From an uncultured Bifidobacteriaceae bacterium (lineage in GTDB: Bacteria; Acidobacteriota; Vicinamibacteria; Vicinamibacterales; JAENWD01), in assembly GCA_964446605.1 (NCBI GenBank), contig CAYUPN010000001.1, forward strand, positions 71,692-135,691: a stretch of 64,000 nucleotides of DNA, written 5' to 3'. The translations under genes were made by a program, and so were the position numbers. The first letter of the stretch is position 1; each line of letters starts with the position of its first letter. Positions 48,387 through 57,435 of the stretch are shown piece by piece. A model generated the notes under the pieces. It was given only the letters and a program-made list of their open reading frames with translations. It searched no databases and was not told the DNA's origin.

Positions 48387-48656
48387 CTAGCTGATGTTCT
48401 GGAGTTCCTTGCCTGGCTTGAACCGGATGGTGCGGCCAGGGGGAATCCGGACTTCCTTTCCGGTCCGCGGATTCCGGCCGATCCCGCGCTTCCGCGGCTT
48501 CACCTGGAAGACGCCGAAGCCGCGCAGCTCAATCCGCTCGCCGCGCTGCATGGACACCCGCATCGCATCGAACACGGCGTCCACCGCCAGCTCGGCCTTG
48601 ACCTTGGTGATATCGGCGACCCTCGAGACCTCGTTGACGATGTCGAGCTTGATCAT
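48387..48656 (-). CDS. HU/IHF-family DNA-binding protein (IHF-like)
   Basis: 89 aa. Motifs: LRGFGVFQVKPRKRGIGRNPRTGKEVRIPPGRTIRFKPGKEL (beta-arm). Confidence 0.9.
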   Translation of the reverse strand: MIKLDIVNEVSRVADITKVKAELAVDAVFDAMRVSMQRGERIELRGFGVFQVKPRKRGIGRNPRTGKEVRIPPGRTIRFKPGKELQNIS

Positions 48657-48681
48657 GCGCTAATCTCAGGTTCGGTTAAGT

Positions 48682-48710
48682 AGCATAAAGATAAAGACTT
48701 AGAGTGTCAA
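48682..48710 (-). promoter_or_regulatory. Strong sigma-70-like promoter for the IHF/HU gene (TTGACA-N17-TATGCT)
   Basis: On the minus strand, TTGACA is at 48710-48705 and TATGCT at 48687-48682, with a 17-nt spacer. It lies ~26 nt upstream of the ATG at 48656 in an AT-rich intergenic region. Confidence 0.5.
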
Positions 48711-48758
48711 CACCCAGCCGGGTGGGCCACGTCCGCCACACACCGGGGCTGCGATTCC

Positions 48759-50159
48759 GTGGCGGGCCCCGATTCGGCCGCCAGAAGGTCTGCAATCAGA
48801 CTCCGCTACAATCCCGCCGTGGCCCGTCGTCTGCCGCTCGTCGTGCTGGTCGGCCGACCAAATGTCGGCAAGTCCACTCTTTTCAACAGGATCACCGGAA
48901 CCCGGCGCGCCATTGTCACCGACGTGCCCGGAACCACGCGCGACCTGATCGAGGCGACCGCGGGCTGGCAGGGCGTCGACTTCTCGCTGCTCGATACCGG
49001 CGGCATGTTCGGCGCGACCGAGGACCCGCTGCACCAGCTGGTCGCCGAGAAGGGGCAGGAGGCCATCGCCGGGGCGGACGTGCTCGTACTCGTGCTGGAC
49101 GGCCAGCAGGGTCTGGTCGCCGGCGACCGGGACATCGTCGGCCGGCTGCGGACGACCGGCAAGCCGATCCTCGCGGCCGTCAACAAGATCGACGCGAAGA
49201 AGGCCCGCGAGGCCGTCGCCCAGTTCTACGAGCTCGGGCTCGATCCGGTGTTCGAGATCTCGGGAGAGCACGGCCTCGGCGTCGACGAGCTGCTCGACGA
49301 GATTGTCGCGCGGCTGCGGCGTGCGCCCGCGGCGGCGGGCCACGAGCGCGAGGAGCGCGAAACCGCGATCGCCGTCGTCGGACGGCCGAACGCGGGGAAG
49401 TCGTCGCTGGTGAACCGGCTGCTCCGCGAGGAGCGGATGCTCGTGAGCGACGTGCCGGGCACGACCCGCGACGCGGTGGATGCGGTCGTTCGCTGGCACA
49501 GGCGCGACTTCCGGATCGTGGACACGGCCGGCATGCGGCGGCCGGGCAAGGTCGGGCGGGCGGGGCCGCTCGAGTCGCTGAGCGTCCTGGTCGCGCGGCG
49601 CGCCGTCGAGCGGGCCGACGTGGTGATTCTCGTCATCGACAGCGCGGTCGGCGCCACCGATCAGGATGCGGCGATCGCCGGCGAGGCCGATCGGCTCGGC
49701 TGCGGCATCATCATCGCCGCGAACAAGTGGGACCTGATGAAGGACCGCGGCCCCGGCTTCTCGCGCGAGTTCGACGCGCAGCTCCGGCAGAAGCTGAAGT
49801 TCCTCGACTACGCGCCGGTCCTGCACCTGTCGGCGTCGACGGGGGAGCGGCTGCCGAAGCTGCTGGAGTGGGTCGACCGGGTGGCGGCCGCGCGGCTGAA
49901 GCGCGTGCCGACCGCCGAGGTCAACCGCTTCGTCCAGGCGGTCACCGCCGTGCATCCGCCGGCGAGTCCCGGGCGGCGCCAGGTGCGGATCCTCTACGCG
50001 GCGCAGACCGGGGTCGCGCCACCGACGTTCGTGTTCTTCACGAACGTCGCGACCTCCTTCCACTTCTCGTACGAGCGCTTCCTCGTGAACCAGATTCGCG
50101 ACGCGTTCGGATTCGTCGGCACCCCGATTCGCATCCAGGTGCGGCGGCGCGCCCGCTGA
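48759..50159 (+). CDS. der: Ribosome-biogenesis GTPase Der (EngA)
   Basis: It has two G domains (VGRPNVGKSTLFN and VGRPNAGKSSLVN; NKID and NKWD) and a KH-like C-terminus. The more likely start is GTG at 48819 (VARRLPLVVLVG). Confidence 0.9.
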   Translation: MAGPDSAARRSAIRLRYNPAVARRLPLVVLVGRPNVGKSTLFNRITGTRRAIVTDVPGTTRDLIEATAGWQGVDFSLLDTGGMFGATEDPLHQLVAEKGQEAIAGADVLVLVLDGQQGLVAGDRDIVGRLRTTGKPILAAVNKIDAKKAREAVAQFYELGLDPVFEISGEHGLGVDELLDEIVARLRRAPAAAGHEREERETAIAVVGRPNAGKSSLVNRLLREERMLVSDVPGTTRDAVDAVVRWHRRDFRIVDTAGMRRPGKVGRAGPLESLSVLVARRAVERADVVILVIDSAVGATDQDAAIAGEADRLGCGIIIAANKWDLMKDRGPGFSREFDAQLRQKLKFLDYAPVLHLSASTGERLPKLLEWVDRVAAARLKRVPTAEVNRFVQAVTAVHPPASPGRRQVRILYAAQTGVAPPTFVFFTNVATSFHFSYERFLVNQIRDAFGFVGTPIRIQVRRRAR

Positions 50160-50218
50160 GAGGCCGCGGCGCGGAATGGTATACTTCGGGTCGGCTCTGA
50201 CGGCCGCGATCATTCTTT

Positions 50219-50698
50219 GTGCCGATGCCCCAGGCTGCGGAATCGCCCCGACGCACGTGGCTGAAGGCCTCCGATGTCTGCGACCGCGCCCAGGTCCAGC
50301 CGTATGTGCTGCGCACCTGGGAGATGGAGTTTCCGGACCTCGGAGTCGCCCGCACGCCCGGAGGTCCGCGTCTCTATCGACAGACCGACCTCGACCGCGT
50401 ACTGCGGATCAAGCAGCTCGTGTTCGGCGAGGGCTTGACGCTGGCGGGGGCGCGGAGGAAGCTGGAGGAAGAGCGCCAGCCCAGCGATGAGCTGCCGTTC
50501 GACGATGGCCCGGCGCCTGCTGGTATCGCGCCGGAGGCGCGGGAACGCCTCGAGGCCGTACGTTCGGGGCTGCGTGAGCTGCTGGGGCTGCTGAGCGCTC
50601 CGCTGGAGCGGCGGGCAGCGAAGGCCGCCGACACGGCGCCGCCCGCGGCGGGTTCGGGCGCGCCGCGGCGGACGTCGAAGCGCCGCCGGACATCGTAG
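50219..50698 (+). CDS. MerR-family transcriptional regulator
   Basis: 159 aa. The HTH region reads WLKASDVCDRAQVQPYVLRTWEMEFPDL...RLYRQTDLDRVLRIKQLV. The tail is low-complexity. Confidence 0.78.
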   Translation: MPMPQAAESPRRTWLKASDVCDRAQVQPYVLRTWEMEFPDLGVARTPGGPRLYRQTDLDRVLRIKQLVFGEGLTLAGARRKLEEERQPSDELPFDDGPAPAGIAPEARERLEAVRSGLRELLGLLSAPLERRAAKAADTAPPAAGSGAPRRTSKRRRTS

Positions 50699-50709
50699 GT
50701 TTCGGAAGT

Positions 50710-50786
50710 CGGGACGTAGCGCAGTCTGGTAGCGCACCTGAATGGGGTTCAGGGGGTCGCTGGTTCGAATCCAGTCGTCCCGACCA
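50710..50786 (+). tRNA. tRNA-Pro (anticodon GGG), CCA encoded
   Basis: Hand-folded cloverleaf. The acceptor stem is CGGGACG/CGTCCCG, the D stem GCGC/GCGC and the anticodon stem CCTGA/TCAGG. The anticodon loop is AT-GGG-GT (G37 as in Pro tRNAs). The T arm is GCTGG-TTCGAAT-CCAGT, followed by discriminator A and CCA. Confidence 0.9.
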
Positions 50787-50793
50787 TCTTCCT

Positions 50794-50810
50794 GCCGGCC
50801 TGAGGCCGGC
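50794..50810. terminator. Short GC hairpin between tRNA-Pro and the convergent beta-propeller gene
   Basis: GCCGGCC-tga-GGCCGGC: a 7-bp perfect stem flanked by pyrimidine-rich runs. Confidence 0.45.
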
Positions 50811-50828
50811 TCCCTCATCGAAAATCCG

Positions 50829-52340
50829 TCAGTGCGGCGCCGGGAGCGCCGTGTTGCTCACGAACGCGATCCGTGTGCCGTCGGGTGACCACGACGGCAC
50901 GTTGATCGTGCCCTGCCCGCCGTAGACGTACGCGATGACCTTCGCGCCGCTCCCGTCCAGTGCCATGTGTCGCAGGTAGACGTGCCGGTAGAACGGGTGA
51001 TCAGCCGGCTCGACGTCCTGCCCGTACGACAGCACCACCATCGACCGCCCATCCGGAGCGATGTGCGGGAACCAGTTGTTGAACGCGTCGTCCGTGATCT
51101 GCTGCTGCGCGCTGCCGTCGGGGCGCATCCGCCAGATCTGCATCCGTCCCGTCCGCATCGAGTTGAAGTAAATCCACGCGCCGTCCGGCGTGTACTCGGA
51201 CCCGTCGTCCACGCCGGGCGCCGTCGTCAGCCGCACCTCCTCGCCTCCCTCGACGGGAATGCGATAGATGTCGAGCTCGCCGTCGCGCTGTCCCGTGTAG
51301 ATGAGGAAACGTTTGTCCGGGGACCAGCCGTGGAGATAGGAAGGGGACCGCGCGGTGACGCGCGTCGGCACACCGCCCGTAACCGGCACCGTGTAGATCA
51401 CCGAGCGCCCCTCGTCGTCTGCGCTGTGATGGCTGATGCCGAGCATCGTCCCGTCGAACGAGAGCACGTGGTCGTTGTTGTGGCGCGTTGCGAACCCGGT
51501 GTCGATCGGCGTGGAGGTCCGCGTGGCGAGATCGAACCGGAACAGTCCTCCCTGACGGTTGTAGATCAGCGCCCGCCCGTCGGTGGTCCAGTTCGGCGCC
51601 TGGAGCGAGTCGGTCGTGGTGTGCACGACCGTCCGTGCGCCGTCGGCCACCGCCATCACTTCGAGGTTGCTGCCGATGTAGTCCCGATACGGGCGCCAGC
51701 CGGACGGCGGCGGCACCACGATCCGGACGTTCGAGAAGATGGCTGTCTCGGACACGTCGGGATTGTGCGAGCAGGCGAACAGTCCGACGTGCACGGCGTC
51801 GCCGAGATTGACGTCGGTGAGCTCGGTCGTCGTGAACGGCTCGCCGAACCGCGCAACGGACATGCGATACGTGCCGCCTCGGCGTTCGAGCTGGACGACG
51901 TCGGGAGCCCTGACGGCGGATTCGATCTGCCCGGTTTCCGCGCCCGCGGTGCGGCGGTACTGGAGTGACGCCAACCCGTCGCCGTGAATGGCGGCGTCCA
52001 CGTATGCGGAATCGGCATCGAGCGAGGGGCGGATCATCCAGCCGATCTTCCGATGCGGATCGACGCCGGCGCCGACGAACGAGACGTGCGCGCGAACGAT
52101 GAAGTCGCCGGTCATGCGGCGGGACACGAACCGGAACTCGTCGCGCGTGCCCCACATGTTCGCGCCGCCGCCGGAGATCGTGTAGCGCTGCGTCGCCGGA
52201 TCGTAGCTGGCCGCCCCTGCACGAGCGGGCTCGCCGATGTCGAGCGACTGCTCGAAGTAGCCGATCGTCGCGGTGCCGGCTGCCGGAATCGTGGTGACGG
52301 CAAACAGTGAGAGGAGGGCGCCGAGAGCCGCCCGCCTCAT
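50829..52340 (-). CDS. Secreted protein: N-terminal ~200-aa beta-sandwich (lectin/glucanase-like) domain plus a TolB-like (PD40/WD40-like) beta-propeller
   Basis: 503 aa with a signal peptide (ALLSLFAVTTIPAAG). It has repeated PD40-type motifs (TTDGRALIYN, SPDKRFLIYTG, TPDGAWIYFNS, APDGRSMVVLS, SPDGTRIAFVS). Confidence 0.72.
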   Translation of the reverse strand: MRRAALGALLSLFAVTTIPAAGTATIGYFEQSLDIGEPARAGAASYDPATQRYTISGGGANMWGTRDEFRFVSRRMTGDFIVRAHVSFVGAGVDPHRKIGWMIRPSLDADSAYVDAAIHGDGLASLQYRRTAGAETGQIESAVRAPDVVQLERRGGTYRMSVARFGEPFTTTELTDVNLGDAVHVGLFACSHNPDVSETAIFSNVRIVVPPPSGWRPYRDYIGSNLEVMAVADGARTVVHTTTDSLQAPNWTTDGRALIYNRQGGLFRFDLATRTSTPIDTGFATRHNNDHVLSFDGTMLGISHHSADDEGRSVIYTVPVTGGVPTRVTARSPSYLHGWSPDKRFLIYTGQRDGELDIYRIPVEGGEEVRLTTAPGVDDGSEYTPDGAWIYFNSMRTGRMQIWRMRPDGSAQQQITDDAFNNWFPHIAPDGRSMVVLSYGQDVEPADHPFYRHVYLRHMALDGSGAKVIAYVYGGQGTINVPSWSPDGTRIAFVSNTALPAPH

Positions 52341-52792
52341 CGGTCACCTCCGGTCCGCGATGTCCCGCCTGGCGATCGCCAGTTGACGACGTGATACGTG
52401 GCCGGCGTGGAGCCCGTGTTGCGCACCGTGTGCGGAACGTTCGAGGCAAAGAAGATCAGCGACCCCGTCGAGACCGGTGTCCACGCGCCGTTGACCCACG
52501 CCTCGACGCGGCCGTCCTTGACGATGATGATCTCTTCGTTGGGGTGCGTGTGGGGCGGGTGGGGGGACTTGCCGGGATTGAGCGTGGTGACGTGGTATTC
52601 GAGCTCGTCGAGCGTGGCCGTGGGCGCCCGGAACACCCGGCGCACGGCGCCCTGGCTGGTGGGACTGGGCGTCGACGCCTCCCAGAGGAACACCGCCGAC
52701 TTCATCAGCAGCCCGTCCGATTGGGCTGCAGGCAATCCGGCCGCTCCCGCGACCACGACGAGCGCCAGCCCCACCGCGCGCGTTGCACGCAT
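52337..52792 (-). CDS. Secreted cupin-domain protein
   Basis: Terminal 151 codons of the composite ORF 52337..54310. The ATG at 52792 is preceded by GGAGGaaac. It has a signal peptide (AVGLALVVVAGAAGLPAAQS), cupin motif 1 (HPPHTHPNEEIIIVKDG) and motif 2 (GSLIFFASNVPHTVRN). The stop overlaps the next start (ATGA). Confidence 0.75.
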   Translation of the reverse strand: MRATRAVGLALVVVAGAAGLPAAQSDGLLMKSAVFLWEASTPSPTSQGAVRRVFRAPTATLDELEYHVTTLNPGKSPHPPHTHPNEEIIIVKDGRVEAWVNGAWTPVSTGSLIFFASNVPHTVRNTGSTPATYHVVNWRSPGGTSRTGGDR

Positions 52793-52941
52793 GTTTCCTC
52801 CTGCCGGGACGCCTGACGAACAGGTGTGTTGCGCGCGGACTATAGCAGATCGCCGGAAGTGGCTCGCGGGCGGCGTGCGTGCGAACCCGGGACCGTCAGG
52901 GAGGACCCGGCCCGGGGTACCGGTGTGAGGTCGGCGGCGGC

Positions 52942-54300
<1,359 letters not shown>

Positions 54301-54377
54301 TTTCTATCACGGACGAGGTGGCGCGCCGGGGCTGCGTGAGATGACCGGCTGAGGTAGCATAAGTCCCGGAGCTGCCG

Positions 54378-54737
54378 ATGGCTGATGTGATCCGGTTTCC
54401 CCGTTCCGCACCGATCAGGCCTGCCGGCCAGCCCGACTGGCAGCGCTTTCCCCGCTACGACGAGGTGGGCGCTCACATCGACGCGCAGGCTGGCAAGCTC
54501 GTCGACGTGACGGCCTCGATGGCCGCGTACCAGGAGCTGTACGCCCGCGTGGAACAGCGGTTGCGACCCGAGGACCGGCCGCTGCTGCGCGAGCTGTTCG
54601 AGGCGATCAGCCGGCACCACGAGCGCTACGAGCATGCCGCCTATCTCGTCGGGCTGCGCGCCGGCGCCGGCCGGTTGAGCGGCCTGCCGGCGCTCACCGA
54701 CGACCGCTCCGGCGACAACGAGCCGGAAGGGGCCTGA
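54378..54737 (+). CDS. Hypothetical protein (119 aa)
   Basis: The ORF has GGAG 6 nt upstream of the ATG and a largely helical, non-junk composition (MADVIRFPRS...YQELYARVEQRL...LFEAISRHHERYEHAAYLVG). I recognise no family. Confidence 0.45.
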   Translation: MADVIRFPRSAPIRPAGQPDWQRFPRYDEVGAHIDAQAGKLVDVTASMAAYQELYARVEQRLRPEDRPLLRELFEAISRHHERYEHAAYLVGLRAGAGRLSGLPALTDDRSGDNEPEGA

Positions 54738-54744
54738 CGGGCGA

Positions 54745-54993
54745 TCAGTCCGGGCCGGGATCGACCGGCCGCCATCCCTGCTCGAGCAGTTCGCGGCGAA
54801 CCTCCTCGGCCCGCGCCAGCATCGCGTCGAGCGTGTCGTAGTTCTCGCCCCGGTCGAGCTCGTCGTTCACCAGGAACACGAGCGTGCTCACCGGGGAGCC
54901 GGGGATGACCGTGGCCCGGGCCTGGTCGCGGCCGCGCTGCAGCCGCCAGAGCACCGCCGGTTCCGAGAAGCTCTCCACCTGGGGTTCCCGCAT
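54745..54993 (-). CDS. Hypothetical small protein (~82 aa)
   Basis: This is the distal part of ORF 54745..55116. The first 41 codons use rare AT-ending codons and look noncoding, so the ATG at 54993 (MREPQVESFSEPAVLWRLQRG...) is preferred. I recognise no family. Confidence 0.4.
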   Translation of the reverse strand: MREPQVESFSEPAVLWRLQRGRDQARATVIPGSPVSTLVFLVNDELDRGENYDTLDAMLARAEEVRRELLEQGWRPVDPGPD

Positions 54994-55327
54994 CGCCGCC
55001 TGCCCGCGAACAACCTCGTCGCCCGGCGGACAATTCTGTAATCGACAGGCCTCGGCCGTGCCGTGCCGGACCGCCCGCCCGGCCCGAAATCCGCGCCGGG
55101 CCAGACAAAACGTCACCGACAGGCCAGATTGTCAGTCTACCCGCGGAGCGCCGGCCCGCTTCCCATCCAGGGCCGTAATCGGACAAAATCCATGACACCA
55201 GCGATTTGGCCAGAACTGTAAGCCCGGCCGACGAAAGCGTCAGTCCGGGCATCGTCCTTGCGTTTCCGGGGAGCGTTCGACTGACGGAATCGCCGGCGCG
55301 ATTACGGATTCGCTGAGGAGACGCAGG

Positions 55328-55555
55328 ATGCAGGCAACGATCGCGGCACCCCATCTGACGCTCGGACGCGCTGACGTCCTCACGATCGACGTCCGCCTGT
55401 GGGTCCGGCGCGGGATTCGGGTGCTGTTCCTCGCCGCGGGCGTTGCGGCGACGGCATGGATCATGGGGCAGTACGGGACGTTCCTGGTCTACGGCCTGCC
55501 GGCTCCGCTCCTGCGCCGTGTCGTGTCGGGGAGCCCCGCGACCGCGCAGGTCTGA
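55328..55555 (+). CDS. Hypothetical small membrane protein (75 aa, one TM)
   Basis: GAGGAG lies 7 nt upstream of the ATG. GC3 bias is high. The hydrophobic segment is VLFLAAGVAATAWIMGQYGTFLVYGL. Confidence 0.45.
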   Translation: MQATIAAPHLTLGRADVLTIDVRLWVRRGIRVLFLAAGVAATAWIMGQYGTFLVYGLPAPLLRRVVSGSPATAQV

Positions 55556-55594
55556 CGGCCCGGGTCAGCCGCACGCGCCCGCCGGAGATTCCAG

Positions 55595-55936
55595 GTGAGC
55601 GCTACCGAAACTTCCGTTGCTCCGGCGTCTTCGCCATCCGGACTGTTCGGCAACTTCGTCATCGTCCTGTTCCTGATCGCGCAGGTGCTCGACGGCGCGT
55701 TCACCTACCTCGGGATCTCGTCATTCGGTCTGTCGGAAGGCAACCCGCTCATCGCACACTACATCCGCGAGCATGGCCTCGGCATCAGCCTGACGGCCGC
55801 GAAAATCGTCGCGGTCGCCTGCGCGATGGCCCTGCACCTGCTCGGCCTCCATCGCACGCTTGGCCTGCTGACGCTGTTGTACCTGTCCTTCGCCGTCCTG
55901 CCCTGGTCGTATCTGATCTTCATCGTTCACTGGTAG
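55595..55936 (+). CDS. Small polytopic membrane protein, DUF5658-like
   Basis: 113 aa with a GTG start after GGAG. LFLIAQVLDGAFTYLGISSFGLSEGNPLIAHY matches my recollection of the DUF5658 pattern (LD..fT...g....E.NPl). It has ~3-4 TM helices. Confidence 0.55.
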   Translation: MSATETSVAPASSPSGLFGNFVIVLFLIAQVLDGAFTYLGISSFGLSEGNPLIAHYIREHGLGISLTAAKIVAVACAMALHLLGLHRTLGLLTLLYLSFAVLPWSYLIFIVHW

Positions 55937-55950
55937 TCGCCCGCGACCGC

Positions 55951-55985
55951 TGGTCCCCTGGCCCCTGGCCCCTGATCCCTGGCCC
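55951..55985. repeat. Heptanucleotide tandem repeat (CTGGCCC)n, ~5 units
   Basis: tggtccc ctggccc ctggccc ctgatcc ctggccc, between the convergent 3' ends at 55936 and 56012. Confidence 0.6.
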
Positions 55986-56011
55986 CTTCACCTTCCAGTC
56001 GCGAGCGCCTT

Positions 56012-57349
56012 CTAGATGGGCAGCACCAGCTCCGCGCGGCAGCCCGGGGCGGGGGAGCGGTTGACGAGCGTCACGGCGCCGCCGTGCGCCTCGGCGATCT
56101 GCCGGCACAGGACGAGGCCGATGCCGGATCCTCCCGGCTTGGTCGTGAAGAACGGCACGAAGAGGTTCGCCGGATTCGAGACACCCGGTCCTTCGTCGTC
56201 GACGAGCACGCGCACCTGGCCGTCGGCGGCCGTCCAGCTCACGGCGACGCCCCCGCCTGTCGTCAGGGCGGCGTCGACGGCGTTGCGAATCAGGTTGATC
56301 AGGAGCTGTTCGAGCTGATCCGGGTCGGCGTCGACCGTCACCGCCGGTCCGTCCTCGACATGGACGCGCAGCCTCCGCTCGATGCCGGCGACGCGCGCGA
56401 CGAGGTCGTGCAGCGCGACGGACCGCAGCTTCGGGGCGGGCAGGCGCGCCAGCTGCGCATACGCGGCCGTGAAGCGGCCGAGCGCGTCGGCGCGGCCGCT
56501 GATGACCTGCAGACCGCCCTGCACGTCGGCCTCCCAGTCGGCCGGCTTCGGATCCCGGCCGAGCAGCCGCTCCAGGCTGTGCGCGATCGACTTGATGGGC
56601 GCCAGCGAGTTGTTGATCTCGTGGCCGATGACCCGGATCAGCCGCTGCCAGGCCTGGCGCTCCTCGTCGCGCAGCGCGCGGCTGACATCCGTCAGCACGA
56701 GCAGCTCCATGCGCACGCCGCCCTGGCGGAAGTGTCCGGTGCGCACCTCCCACCGGCCGGTGCCGCCGGGGAATGTCAGGCTGACGCTCGTCTGGAGCTC
56801 GCCGGTCAGGCACGCCGCCAGCCCCAGTTCACCGGCGGATCGCCCGAGGAGCCGCTCGACGGGGCGGGCCAGGAGGCGCTCGCCGGCCCGGTTCACGAGA
56901 CGGAGGCGGCGCTCCGGGTCGAAGGCGAACACGGCGACGGGAATCTCCTCCATGACGGCCCGCAGGAGCGTCGTCGCTTCGAGGGCGCCCAGTCGCTGTT
57001 CGCGCAGCGTATCGGCGAGCGCGTTCATCTCGATGAGCACTTCGCCCAGCGGGTCGTCCCGGCGCTGTCCGCGCGCCCGGATCGAGAAGTCCTCCTCGCG
57101 CAGGGCGGCCAGCAGGTTCGACAGGGTCTGCAGCGGATAGACGACGCGTTCGCGCAACACGAAGGAGACGCCCCACCAGAGCGCGACGATGAACAGCGTG
57201 AGCGTCCAGCGCACCTTGCCGCTGAAGTCGCCGCCCCAGAGCAGGGCGAGCGCGATGACGGTCCCGGGCAGACCCGAGGTGAGCGCGAGCAGCAGAACGC
57301 GGCGGTCGTGGGTGAGCCAGCGATTCAGGCGAGCGCGGAGCGGAGACAT
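56012..57349 (-). CDS. Sensor histidine kinase (2 TM, HAMP-like, PAS, HisKA, HATPase_c)
   Basis: Terminal 445 codons of the composite ORF 56012..57703; ATG at 57349 (MSPLRARLNRW). Motifs: H-box VIGHEINNSLAPIKS, N-box LINLIRNAVDA, G-boxes DDEGPGV and TTKPGGSGIGL. Confidence 0.85.
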   Translation of the reverse strand: MSPLRARLNRWLTHDRRVLLLALTSGLPGTVIALALLWGGDFSGKVRWTLTLFIVALWWGVSFVLRERVVYPLQTLSNLLAALREEDFSIRARGQRRDDPLGEVLIEMNALADTLREQRLGALEATTLLRAVMEEIPVAVFAFDPERRLRLVNRAGERLLARPVERLLGRSAGELGLAACLTGELQTSVSLTFPGGTGRWEVRTGHFRQGGVRMELLVLTDVSRALRDEERQAWQRLIRVIGHEINNSLAPIKSIAHSLERLLGRDPKPADWEADVQGGLQVISGRADALGRFTAAYAQLARLPAPKLRSVALHDLVARVAGIERRLRVHVEDGPAVTVDADPDQLEQLLINLIRNAVDAALTTGGGVAVSWTAADGQVRVLVDDEGPGVSNPANLFVPFFTTKPGGSGIGLVLCRQIAEAHGGAVTLVNRSPAPGCRAELVLPI

Positions 57350-57435
57350 CGCATCGCGGCCGGCAGGGGGCCGGGACACAGCGTGCGCCGCCGGGTGGGA
57401 GTCCGTCAAATCGACGGCTGTCCGGAGCGGCGGGG

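Noticed and set aside
55951-55985. The heptamer tandem repeat, and other short repeats, as a CRISPR array.
   Set aside because: The units are 7 nt with no spacers. No 24-40-nt repeat/spacer periodicity and no cas genes occur anywhere in the window.
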